Origin: an uncultured Gemmatimonadales bacterium
GTDB lineage: Bacteria > Gemmatimonadota > Gemmatimonadetes > JACCXV01 > JAHWKZ01
Direction: 5' to 3'
Assembly: GCA_964619975.1 (NCBI GenBank)
Contig: CAZUIY010000042.1
Span: 278 to 64,277, forward strand
Length of the DNA: 64,000 bases
Shown here piece by piece: positions 51,637 through 60,402 of the stretch. Within the stretch, counting starts at the first letter, position 1; the number at the start of each line of letters is the position of its first letter. Both the position numbers and the translations under genes were made by a program. The notes beneath the pieces were generated by a model that saw nothing but the letters and a program-made list of their open reading frames with translations, did not search any database and had not been told where the DNA came from.

Positions 51637-52205
51637 CGATCATACGGGATGACAACGTGGTCGGGATTAACGGCCAATTCAGAAAGGTGGACCTGACCGG
51701 ATTCCCTCCGGATGTGCGGGCCGTCCAGTGGAACGAGACAACCGGCCATATCGAATACGACGACGGATCGAATGTCGAGATTGACGGCATATCCGGTTTT
51801 CAGCCGTTCATAGACCAATGGACCCGGAACGCGCCGCCCATGCCACGGCCGCCGACCACGCAGGAACGGGTGGCTGCGGCTCATGCCAGGATAAACGCAT
51901 CGTATGAATCCGCAATACTACAGATTGTAGGCAGTTATCCGGCTCATGAAATTTCGAGTTGGGACAAGCAGGAAACCGAAGCACGAGCATGGGTGGCGGA
52001 CAACACGGCGGCTACGCCCTGGCTGGATGGCGCGGCAACTGCAAGGGGGATCCCCAAGGCTGAACTGGTGGCCAAGGTTATCGCGCAGGCCGATGCGCTC
52101 GCGCCGGTACATGGCGCGCTTTCCGGCAAGCGGCAATACCTCCGCGACCGGATCAACGCGCTCGTTAACCCGACACAGGAACAATTGAACGCAATCCAGT
52201 GGTAG
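51627..52205 (+). CDS. Possible tail-fibre assembly/chaperone-like protein
   Basis: It follows the fibre gene. The C-terminal ISSWDKQETEARAWVAD pattern is typical of DUF4376-like proteins. The call is tentative. Confidence 0.35.
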   Translation: MRMTIIRDDNVVGINGQFRKVDLTGFPPDVRAVQWNETTGHIEYDDGSNVEIDGISGFQPFIDQWTRNAPPMPRPPTTQERVAAAHARINASYESAILQIVGSYPAHEISSWDKQETEARAWVADNTAATPWLDGAATARGIPKAELVAKVIAQADALAPVHGALSGKRQYLRDRINALVNPTQEQLNAIQW

Positions 52206-52234
52206 TCGATTTCAAACAGAAGAGGGAGCAACAA

Positions 52235-52390
52235 ATGGGCAAGTGGTCGGAAGAGAAAGAGCAATACAAGAAACTGGAAGCCGAGGCAGACGAACTCACT
52301 GAGAAAATAAAACGGTCGAATTACACGGCGGCAATATTGCTTGCCGTCGCTGTCGTGGTGATTGCGGGCGGGATTTATCTTCTGCTCTGA
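52235..52390 (+). CDS. Small protein with a C-terminal TM segment (holin/antiholin candidate)
   Basis: The ATG at 52235 follows GAGGGAG. It is 51 aa, with TM segment AAILLAVAVVVIAGGIYLLL. Confidence 0.35.
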   Translation: MGKWSEEKEQYKKLEAEADELTEKIKRSNYTAAILLAVAVVVIAGGIYLLL

Positions 52391-52722
52391 TGAATGAGCC
52401 AAAGGAAGAAAAGAAGGTCTTTCACGTACCCGAATGGGTACGTGAATGGATCGTAAAGATTGTTCCGTGGGCGCTCATGGCGGTAATCGCTGCGTTTGTC
52501 GGACTGTTCATGGACAACATCGGCAACAAGAAGGATATATCCAGAAACCACTGGCGCAATGACCAGCAGGACATACGCCAGGATAGGCTCGAAATCAGGC
52601 AGGATCGGATCGAGGAGGCAATTGATCAGCTGCGTGATACGCAAAATGAATTTCAGGGCCAGGCGTTGCACCGGCTGGATATCCTCATCGAGAAGAACGA
52701 GCGCAGGCGACGGGAACGATGA
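52390..52722 (+). CDS. Single-TM coiled-coil protein (holin or i-spanin candidate)
   Basis: The TM segment reads IVPWALMAVIAAFVGLF, followed by a charged heptad region. Confidence 0.4.
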   Translation: MNEPKEEKKVFHVPEWVREWIVKIVPWALMAVIAAFVGLFMDNIGNKKDISRNHWRNDQQDIRQDRLEIRQDRIEEAIDQLRDTQNEFQGQALHRLDILIEKNERRRRER

Positions 52723-52976
52723 AATCCTTCCTGCCGTTCATGGTGGCCCTTGCGGGCTGCTCCATGCCTCCACATGCCGAGGAAAGGACTGAGCCGCCCG
52801 TGATCGTCCACGAAGAAGCAATTCGCCCTGATCCGCAGCCACGGCAGAGACAAAGGGCTGTTAAAGAGAAATCCGAACCGATGCCAAAGGCAGACGATCT
52901 TTGTCCGCCAAAAAAAGGTGAGACGGATCAGGAGCGGATCATCAGGAAACTAGACTGCCTGCTGGAGCGTGACTGA
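52719..52976 (+). CDS. Small lipoprotein (o-spanin candidate)
   Basis: The lipobox reads VALAGC. It is Pro-rich, 85 aa, with an ATGA overlap upstream. Confidence 0.45.
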   Translation: MKSFLPFMVALAGCSMPPHAEERTEPPVIVHEEAIRPDPQPRQRQRAVKEKSEPMPKADDLCPPKKGETDQERIIRKLDCLLERD

Positions 52977-53518
52977 TGGCGCTTGAATCGCAAAATGTAG
53001 CTGTCCGCACGGCTGTTGCGGCCATTACGGTTACTCTGTCCATGGTAGCCGGTATAGCAGGATTCGAGGGGTTGCGCACGACGGCCTATATTCCTGTTCC
53101 GGGAGACGTTCCAACACTTGGCTATGGCACAACGGAGGGAGTCAAGCTGGGCGATACGATCACGCCGGAGCGCGCCATGCACCGGCTGCGGGATGAAGTG
53201 GATTCCGTTTACGCGCAAGGGGTGCGCCGCTGCGTGCTGGTGCCGCTGACTGATTACGAGTTCGGCGCTTTTCTGTCTCTTGCCTATAACGTAGGAGTGC
53301 CTACTTTCTGCCGCAAGGCAGCAAAGGGAAAGCCGCCCAACCTGATAGACCTCATCAACAGCAAGCAATACAAGGCGGCTTGCCGCCGGATAGAGGCGTT
53401 CGTGTATGGACCGGACGGGCGCGGCGGCAAGAAGATACTCCGGGGTTTGGTCAAGCGCAGGGCGGAAGAGCGGGCGATATGCGAAGGACGACGCGCAAAT
53501 CAGAGCCCAGCCGCGTAA
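52976..53518 (+). CDS. GH24-type lysozyme with a SAR-like N-terminal segment (endolysin)
   Basis: FEGLRTTAYIPVPGDVPTLGYGTT and SLAYNVG blocks are present. The N-terminus VAVRTAVAAITVTLSMVAGIAGF is weakly hydrophobic. Confidence 0.85.
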   Translation: MALESQNVAVRTAVAAITVTLSMVAGIAGFEGLRTTAYIPVPGDVPTLGYGTTEGVKLGDTITPERAMHRLRDEVDSVYAQGVRRCVLVPLTDYEFGAFLSLAYNVGVPTFCRKAAKGKPPNLIDLINSKQYKAACRRIEAFVYGPDGRGGKKILRGLVKRRAEERAICEGRRANQSPAA

Positions 53519-53532
53519 TCGCGCCAACGCGC

Positions 53533-53766
53533 ATGCGCGTTGGGCCGGACCTCGAACTGATATGGCATCAGAACGAAGTGGGAACAGGGGCAGGCGGAGT
53601 ATGGCATGCGATGCAGGCCGACGTTTGCACCGAGGACGGCCAGCAACTTGCAAAGCTTGACGTGTGTAACGGGCGCTATCGCATCTTTGCCTGCGGCCTG
53701 TCCGATTGGGACAGGAGAAGGCTTACGTCCAAGCTTGCCGCTTTTGACTTGGAGGAATACCAGTGA
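53533..53766 (+). CDS. Hypothetical protein (77 aa)
   Basis: It has an internal ATG, and its stop overlaps the next GTG start. Confidence 0.35.
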   Translation: MRVGPDLELIWHQNEVGTGAGGVWHAMQADVCTEDGQQLAKLDVCNGRYRIFACGLSDWDRRRLTSKLAAFDLEEYQ

Positions 53767-55799
53767 CGGGCTTCAGGATTGCCGGTTTTTCTGGCCTTGT
53801 GCCAAGGATGGCGCGGCAACTGCTCGCGCCGAATCAAGCGCAGGTCGCAACCAACTGCAACCTCACTTCCGGCGACTTGCGCTCAAGGAACGGGCCTCGG
53901 CTGGTGTTCAAGCCGGTAGTCGATGGCGATATCCAGTCAATGTTCCGGATGGAAAAGGACGGCCAGGAAAAATGGCTGGCATGGAACCGGGACGTGGACG
54001 TGGCGCGCTCGCCCATTGCAGATAACGTGGACAGGCGATTCTATTACACCGGCGATGGTGAGCCTCGGGTATCGAACTTCGATGTATCGACACAGGGCAG
54101 CGGCCCCTATCCGTCCGGCTGCTACGTGCTGGGCGTATCCCCTCCCATCGTCAAGCCAACTGTCTCTGCTTCGGGCGGGGCCAGCGCCACGACGGTGACA
54201 AGGGTGTACGCCTATACGTTCGTTACCCCGTGGGATGAGGAATCCGCGCCTTCGCCGCCTTCTACCCCAACAAGTGGGAAGATCGACGCCACATGGAGCC
54301 TGTCCGGGCTGGCCGTGCCGCCGGTCAACAGCGGGACAATTTCCGGGGCGCTGCGGAACATGCCGACGGCGGGCTACGTGACAATCACGATGGATACGGT
54401 CTACGGCCTGCGAGAGCATGAGGAAATCCGCTTTGCCGGAATCGTTGGCATGACGGATCTGAATGGCGCATTCCCGATTCACAGTGTGGACACAACCGCC
54501 AAGACGATCACGGTCAACCTCTTCACCGCGCAGATTTACACCTCTGGCGGTACGTGGGAGCGGACCGCGCCCCACAACACGGGCGGGATGACAAAGCGCG
54601 TGTACCGCCTGGCGACTTCGGAATCCGGAGACGAATACCATTATGTCGTCACCCTGTCGGATTCCGTGACAACCTTCAGCGACACGGTGACGGACGCAAA
54701 CCTGGGGGGCGTCATGCCCTCGACAAAGTGGCTTATGCCGCCTGCCGACCTTCGCGGAATCGTCATCCTGCCAAACGGCATAGCGGCTGGGTTCACCAAT
54801 AACAATATCCATTTCTCTGAACCGTTCAAGCCCTACGCATGGCCTGAAGGATATATCCAGGCATACGACCAGGACATTGTTGCCATAGGCGTGACGGGTA
54901 CTACGCTCGTGGGCCTCACGGAAGGCAACCCGTTCACCATCACGGGCGTGGAACCTCTGACGATGGGCGGCGGCATGGAAAAGCTCGCCGTCGCATGGCC
55001 GTGCATGGCAAAGCGTTCGGTGGCCAGTTTCGCCTTTGGCGTGGCTTATGCCGCGCCGCAAGGGTTGGTCATCATCGGCGCCCAGAATGACGTGGTGACC
55101 AAAGACCTGTTCACGCAGAAGGAATGGAGTGACCTGACGCCGACAAACTTCATCGCGGCAACCGCTGACAACCGCTATTACGCGGGCTATTCGGCCAACC
55201 AAAGTTCGATGATGTTTGTGATCGACAAGACCGAAGCCGCGAGTTTCGTCACCATCAACCAGAAAATATCCGCAATCTGGACGGACCCGGCAACGGGCAA
55301 GCTCTATGTCGCCATTGATGGCGACATTTACGAGTGGGAAGGCGATGCGGGTGTGCGGATCCCGTACGAATGGAAAAGCAAGCTTTTCCTGCTGCCCTCG
55401 CCGGTCAACTACGGGGCGGCGAAGATCGATGTGGACTTTGGAATATTCGGAACCGGATCGACGGTGACGAGCCAGGAATCCCTGGATGCAATCATTGCTG
55501 GCAATGAAGCAATCATTACGGCGGGAGAAACAAATGACGCGATGGCCGAACCCATGATTGCGGAATACGAGATAGGCGGGGATGCCATGCAACCGCTGCC
55601 CGGGCTATCTGCCGATACGCTGCAATTCCAGTTATGGGCCGGGGGGACTCTCAAGCACTCGCAGAAGATCACCAGCTCACGCGCTTTCCGCCTGCCGTCA
55701 GGTTACAAGACCGACAACGTGGAAGTAATCCTTGCCGGGAACGTGCGGGTATCGGGCGTCGTGCTGGCTGAAACGATGGATGGACTGAAGCAACTTTAA
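53763..55799 (+). CDS. Large virion structural (tail) protein, 678 aa
   Basis: The call rests on size and position. A 551-aa antisense ORF is judged a shadow. Confidence 0.55.
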   Translation: MTGFRIAGFSGLVPRMARQLLAPNQAQVATNCNLTSGDLRSRNGPRLVFKPVVDGDIQSMFRMEKDGQEKWLAWNRDVDVARSPIADNVDRRFYYTGDGEPRVSNFDVSTQGSGPYPSGCYVLGVSPPIVKPTVSASGGASATTVTRVYAYTFVTPWDEESAPSPPSTPTSGKIDATWSLSGLAVPPVNSGTISGALRNMPTAGYVTITMDTVYGLREHEEIRFAGIVGMTDLNGAFPIHSVDTTAKTITVNLFTAQIYTSGGTWERTAPHNTGGMTKRVYRLATSESGDEYHYVVTLSDSVTTFSDTVTDANLGGVMPSTKWLMPPADLRGIVILPNGIAAGFTNNNIHFSEPFKPYAWPEGYIQAYDQDIVAIGVTGTTLVGLTEGNPFTITGVEPLTMGGGMEKLAVAWPCMAKRSVASFAFGVAYAAPQGLVIIGAQNDVVTKDLFTQKEWSDLTPTNFIAATADNRYYAGYSANQSSMMFVIDKTEAASFVTINQKISAIWTDPATGKLYVAIDGDIYEWEGDAGVRIPYEWKSKLFLLPSPVNYGAAKIDVDFGIFGTGSTVTSQESLDAIIAGNEAIITAGETNDAMAEPMIAEYEIGGDAMQPLPGLSADTLQFQLWAGGTLKHSQKITSSRAFRLPSGYKTDNVEVILAGNVRVSGVVLAETMDGLKQL

Positions 55800-55813
55800 T
55801 ATGGAGACATGGA

Positions 55814-56197
55814 ATGGCTAAATACGCTCACGCCGATGTGCTGGACAACGGCCTGAATCAACTCAAGAACAGCGCAATCAGGATGCTGTTGATCAAGGCA
55901 TACGCTGCGGCGGACAACTACGCAACCGTTATCGGAAACGCAATCTGCACGGTAACGGTTGCCTCCGCTGACTTCACCCTGTCAGGCGCGGACGGGGCGG
56001 CGCGTGTCGTCACAATCGCCGCGAAAAGCGGGACCGCATCCGCTGGCTCCGGGGCGTCGCCTGATCTACACATTGCATTCACCGACAACGTGAGCAAGGT
56101 GCTGCTGGTCACGGATGAAACCACGAATCAGGTCATCACCAGCGGGAACACCGTCAACTTCCCCAGCCTGACATATACCAGCAGTCAACCTGTATAA
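55814..56197 (+). CDS. Hypothetical virion protein (127 aa)
   Basis: It has a GGAGA SD. Confidence 0.5.
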   Translation: MAKYAHADVLDNGLNQLKNSAIRMLLIKAYAAADNYATVIGNAICTVTVASADFTLSGADGAARVVTIAAKSGTASAGSGASPDLHIAFTDNVSKVLLVTDETTNQVITSGNTVNFPSLTYTSSQPV

Positions 56198-56204
56198 GGA
56201 GGAT

Positions 56205-56630
56205 TTGAAAGTGGCGAAAAGATACTACATTTGCGACATCATAGGCGACGGCACGGACTCCATGCCAACCCCCACGACAGGCCCATATCGACCATCTATT
56301 GCAGATCTCGGGGTGTCCTGGGTCGGGAGCATTCCATCCGATCCGGAAACCGGGAGTCCGCTCCATAGCTGGACGCTCGTGTTAGTCAACACGGACAACC
56401 ACACCAGGGTTCTGTCCGCAAAAGGGGTTGATGCTCTGCCCGATTTTCCACTGGACGGAAAAATCAACGCAATTAACAACGTAACCCGGAATGCCATGCT
56501 CGGGAAACTCGGGGCAAGAGGAATTGACACGTCATTTATCGGGAACGCGGATGGATACCGCGAGGTTATCCGTGGCATCGGCAAAAAGCTGGACGTCGCA
56601 TTCGACGAGAATAACTTCGACGTAGCCTGA
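56205..56630 (+). CDS. Hypothetical virion protein (141 aa)
   Basis: It has a GTG start after GGAGGA. Confidence 0.45.
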   Translation: MKVAKRYYICDIIGDGTDSMPTPTTGPYRPSIADLGVSWVGSIPSDPETGSPLHSWTLVLVNTDNHTRVLSAKGVDALPDFPLDGKINAINNVTRNAMLGKLGARGIDTSFIGNADGYREVIRGIGKKLDVAFDENNFDVA

Positions 56631-58285
56631 TGGCACAGTTTGCGTCGGACACGTTCACCGGAACCGACGGCACCGCACTTCAAGCCTATAGCGCGGACTG
56701 GACGCGTCACACCAGCTACTCCGTTAACAGCGTCATCATCGGCAACCGTGCGATATGTCTCGCTAGCGGTGGCAGTGCATACTGGCATTCAGGCTCCCCC
56801 GCGTCTGCGGACTACAGCGTATCGTGTGACATATACGTTGCTGAATATTCGCCGAGTTTTTCGTATGCTGGCGTAATTGGTCGATCCAGCACTGCGGCGA
56901 ATACGTTCTATCACGCCAGGCACGGCGTAGGCGCGGGCTGGCAACTCTATCGTGCCGTTGCTGGCGCTTTTACCCTGCTCGGGAGTGCGGCAGGGCCGCT
57001 CACGGCAGGGAGCACGTACGCCCTCAAGCTCGACATGTCGGGCAGTACTATCAAGATGTTCGTCGATGGTGTGGCTCTCGCGACAGCGAATGATACACAG
57101 ATCACGGCAGCGGGGAAACCGGGAATACGGTTTTCTAACAACAGCGCGATCCTCGGAACTGATGGGCTGCATCTTGACAACTTCAGCGCGGATGAAGCGG
57201 GGGCGGGGGCGCATGATTTAACCATTGCCAATGCCTCTCAAGGCAACGTTGTTGCAAACGGCACTGTAACCCAAACCCATGCGCTGACCATTTCCAGTGC
57301 GGCACAAGGCAATTCCGTGTCAACCGGATCACTGGTTCAGGTTCACGCACTGGCAATCGCCAATACGACACAAGCCAACCTTGTCGATGACGTTGCAATC
57401 GGGGTAGGGGCAGCGTCCGATCTTGATATTGCCAATGCGACGCAAACCAACACCGCTGGCGCTGGTGGGGTAACACAGGAACACATACTTTCCTGGGAAA
57501 GCAGCACGCAGCAGAACGCTGCCAGCACACCGGCAATCAGCCAGACACATGCGCTGACTGTCCCGAATCTCACGCAACCGAATAGCGCATCGGACGGGGC
57601 AATAACACAGTCTCATGCGCTTGTCGGTGCAAACGCAGTGCAAGCGAATCCAGCAAGCCCCGGATCAGTTGCGGTTGGCGGTTCTGGCGACCTGATCGTA
57701 TCGGCCTCGATCCAGGCCAACACGTCAAGTACCGGGGCGATTGAACAGACTCACATTCTGGTCATATCCGCGACGGTACAGGACAACGCCGGCGAGTCTG
57801 TCACCGTCACACAGGTTCATCCCCTCACGGCTGAAGACCTCGCGCAAGGCAATGTTCTCAGCGACGGGGAAGTAATCAGTTTCGGGGATCTGGTAGCAGG
57901 CAACCCGGTACAGCAAAACAGCCTTTCAAACTCGTACGTCACCACGACGCAGACGCTCGCGATTGCCAGCGCGGAACAGGACAATCGCGCAAGCAGCGGG
58001 GCAATCATCCCGGGGGAGATATTCGAGGAATCGGTATCCGCTTCTTCATCTGCGGCGACCCTTGGCGCAATCAAGAAGCCGGGGATTCCAGGCGACACGG
58101 CGAAGTGGCTGCGGACCATGCTTGAAATCATCATCGGGCGCAGGAACAACAAGATCACGGTCCCAAAACGGCAAACCCTGACGTTCTCATCACCGCCGAC
58201 AAAGGCGGAATGCGAGGCGCTTTACAGCTACGTCAACGCCGTGCGGGAATCCCATGAACAGATAGTAAACAGACTGGATTCATGA
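56630..58285 (+). CDS. Tail fibre/spike-like protein: N-terminal ConA/LamG-like domain plus about twelve ~22-aa tandem repeats
   Basis: The LamG-like block reads YALKLDMSGSTIKMFVDGV. The repeat consensus is roughly H-A-L-x-I-x-x-A-x-Q-x-N-x(6-8)-T-Q-x, spanning aa 195 to about 460. Confidence 0.6.
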   Translation: MAQFASDTFTGTDGTALQAYSADWTRHTSYSVNSVIIGNRAICLASGGSAYWHSGSPASADYSVSCDIYVAEYSPSFSYAGVIGRSSTAANTFYHARHGVGAGWQLYRAVAGAFTLLGSAAGPLTAGSTYALKLDMSGSTIKMFVDGVALATANDTQITAAGKPGIRFSNNSAILGTDGLHLDNFSADEAGAGAHDLTIANASQGNVVANGTVTQTHALTISSAAQGNSVSTGSLVQVHALAIANTTQANLVDDVAIGVGAASDLDIANATQTNTAGAGGVTQEHILSWESSTQQNAASTPAISQTHALTVPNLTQPNSASDGAITQSHALVGANAVQANPASPGSVAVGGSGDLIVSASIQANTSSTGAIEQTHILVISATVQDNAGESVTVTQVHPLTAEDLAQGNVLSDGEVISFGDLVAGNPVQQNSLSNSYVTTTQTLAIASAEQDNRASSGAIIPGEIFEESVSASSSAATLGAIKKPGIPGDTAKWLRTMLEIIIGRRNNKITVPKRQTLTFSSPPTKAECEALYSYVNAVRESHEQIVNRLDS

Positions 58286-58917
58286 CAAACAGATACCTGT
58301 ACAAACTCCTTGATGCAAATATCGGATACCCGCTTACGCACGAGTTGGCGCTCAGTATCATGCGGGTGGCGTCCATGCTTGAGCCGCTTGTGGAGCCTGA
58401 AAACATCGGGCAAATCATCCCGGCAGAGCATGAGGGATTCGTTTTTGCCGTGGAACGCATGGATGCCATAGAAGGCGAGATGCGGCCCCTGCATCTGGCG
58501 CACTGGGGGGAAACGGAAGAACACCGGCATGGCCTGCCATTCAATCCGGATTACACCACGTTCATCCGGTATGAGGCGGCGGGGCGATACGTCCTTTTCA
58601 CGATACGGGAGAAGGGGCGGCTCGTGGGCAACTGTGCCATGTATCTTGATAGAAGCACACACACGCAAACGCTGATTGCCACCGAGGATACGCTGTACCT
58701 GTTGCCACAAGCCCGGAGGGGAACGGTCGCAAAAAGGTTTATCGAATACTGCGAGGCGGCATTGAAAAGCCTGGGCGTGAAGGAAATAAGCGTAAGCGTG
58801 AAGACGGTCAACCGGGCCGGACTGTTCTTCCAGAGGATGGGTTATCGCCATGTGGAAAACGGATTAACGAAAGTATTGGAGGAAAAAAATGTGCGCACCG
58901 AAAGCTCCGAAGCCTGA
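58282..58917 (+). CDS. GNAT-family N-acetyltransferase
   Basis: The acetyl-CoA motif-A-like block reads LLPQARRGTVAKRFIEYCEAALKSLGVKEISVS. The C-terminal part reads FFQRMGY. Confidence 0.7.
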   Translation: MTNRYLYKLLDANIGYPLTHELALSIMRVASMLEPLVEPENIGQIIPAEHEGFVFAVERMDAIEGEMRPLHLAHWGETEEHRHGLPFNPDYTTFIRYEAAGRYVLFTIREKGRLVGNCAMYLDRSTHTQTLIATEDTLYLLPQARRGTVAKRFIEYCEAALKSLGVKEISVSVKTVNRAGLFFQRMGYRHVENGLTKVLEEKNVRTESSEA

Positions 58918-59713
58918 TCCCGCGATTGGTCAGGCGGCATTATCCAATGCCGAACTTGCAAAGGAACAAACTGCTGTAGCTCGGGAACAGTTGGCCTGGG
59001 AGAAGGAGAGGGCCAACCGGCAGGACCCGCTGGTCGAGAAGATCGTCAACCAGCAAATTGCATCTGGTGACGAGAATGCCGCTCGCGCTGCGGAACAGTG
59101 GAACATCTACCAGAACCTTTTCCGTCCTGTCGAGGAAAGGATGGTATCCGACGCGATGGGCTTTGACTCCGAAGAACGCAAAGAGCGCATGGCGGCGGAA
59201 GCTGCATTGGACGTAACCCGGGGATATGCCGCTGCACAGGACCAGAATGCGCGCACCCTGGGAGCGATGGGCATAAACCCCAACTCCGGGCGGTTCGCGG
59301 GGCTTGCCAATGAGACGGCATTGATGCAGGCAAAGGACACGGCGGGTGCCATGAACCGGGCAAGGCGCGGCACAGAAATGCAGGGCATAGCCTTGAGGAC
59401 TGGGGCTGCGCAATTCGGGCGGAACATGCCCAACACGGGGATCGCGGCGGACAGCCTGGTACTCAACTCGGGTAATTCCGCCGTAGGAAACCTTGCCACA
59501 AACTCGCAAATGCACAACGCCAACAATGCGGCGGCTGCGCAATGGTTCGGGGGCGCAATGCAGGGCAACCAGTCGGCCGGGGGGTTGCTTAACAACCTGT
59601 ACGGAAATCAACTGGCGGGATACCAGACCCAGGCGGGGATCACGAGTGGGGCCATGCAGGGAATTGGAAGCCTTGTCGGTGGGCTTGGTACTGCCGGAAT
59701 ACTGGCTTTCTGA
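58889..59713 (+). CDS. Gly/Ala/Asn/Gln-rich putative internal virion (ejection) protein
   Basis: It has a strong SD, is 274 aa, and has a low-complexity C-terminus ending in a hydrophobic segment. Confidence 0.4.
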   Translation: MCAPKAPKPDPAIGQAALSNAELAKEQTAVAREQLAWEKERANRQDPLVEKIVNQQIASGDENAARAAEQWNIYQNLFRPVEERMVSDAMGFDSEERKERMAAEAALDVTRGYAAAQDQNARTLGAMGINPNSGRFAGLANETALMQAKDTAGAMNRARRGTEMQGIALRTGAAQFGRNMPNTGIAADSLVLNSGNSAVGNLATNSQMHNANNAAAAQWFGGAMQGNQSAGGLLNNLYGNQLAGYQTQAGITSGAMQGIGSLVGGLGTAGILAF

Positions 59714-60402
59714 TGCGCGTACTCGCATTCTCCGGCGGCAAGGATTCCATGGCATGCCTTCATCTCTGCAAGCGCAGCATCGACTGTGCAATCTATGTTG
59801 ACACCGGCAAATCCTATCCAGAAACGCAAATGATGGTGAAGTACGCGGAAACAATCGTGCCGTTCGTAATCGTTCATAGCGATCAAGAAGAACAAAACAG
59901 AGTCAACGGACTGCCATCCGATGTTGTTCCAATCGATTACACAGCATTGGGTCAAGTGATAAGCGGCGCAAAGCCTGTCATGATCCAGAGTTATCTGGAT
60001 TGCCACTTCCAAAACATCAGTTATCCCCTGTTTACCAAGGCCAAAGAACTCGGGGCGACTCATATTCTATACGGACAAAGGAGCAGTGATTCGCATCAGG
60101 CACCAGCCAGGAATGGCGACATAATCGACGAGATTGTGAGACTGCATCCGGTCGAAGGCTGGTCGGATCAGGACGTGCTTGACTACCTGCAAACCGTGAT
60201 GGACGTGCCAGAGCATTACTACCTCGGGCATTCATCAATGGACTGTTACGACTGCACGGCATTCAGGAATGAAACGCAGGATCGGATGGAATACACGAAG
60301 GAAAGATATCCGAATTTCCACAGAAAATATCAGGAACGAATGGACATGATCAGGCAGGCGCTTGAGATGAGCGGATACTTGGAGAAAAGACATGGCACTT
60401 AA
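59713..60402 (+). CDS. PAPS-reductase-family PP-loop ATP pyrophosphatase
   Basis: The N-terminal PP-loop reads LAFSGGKDSMACLHL. It is 229 aa. Confidence 0.78.
   Translation: MRVLAFSGGKDSMACLHLCKRSIDCAIYVDTGKSYPETQMMVKYAETIVPFVIVHSDQEEQNRVNGLPSDVVPIDYTALGQVISGAKPVMIQSYLDCHFQNISYPLFTKAKELGATHILYGQRSSDSHQAPARNGDIIDEIVRLHPVEGWSDQDVLDYLQTVMDVPEHYYLGHSSMDCYDCTAFRNETQDRMEYTKERYPNFHRKYQERMDMIRQALEMSGYLEKRHGT

Noticed and set aside
53937-55592. A 551-aa ORF on the minus strand, antisense to the 678-aa tail protein gene.
   Set aside because: It is completely nested in a longer plus-strand ORF that is translationally coupled to its neighbours. Its product is Arg/His/Gly-rich and low in complexity, as expected for a shadow frame in GC-rich coding DNA. 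No SD or operon context supports it.
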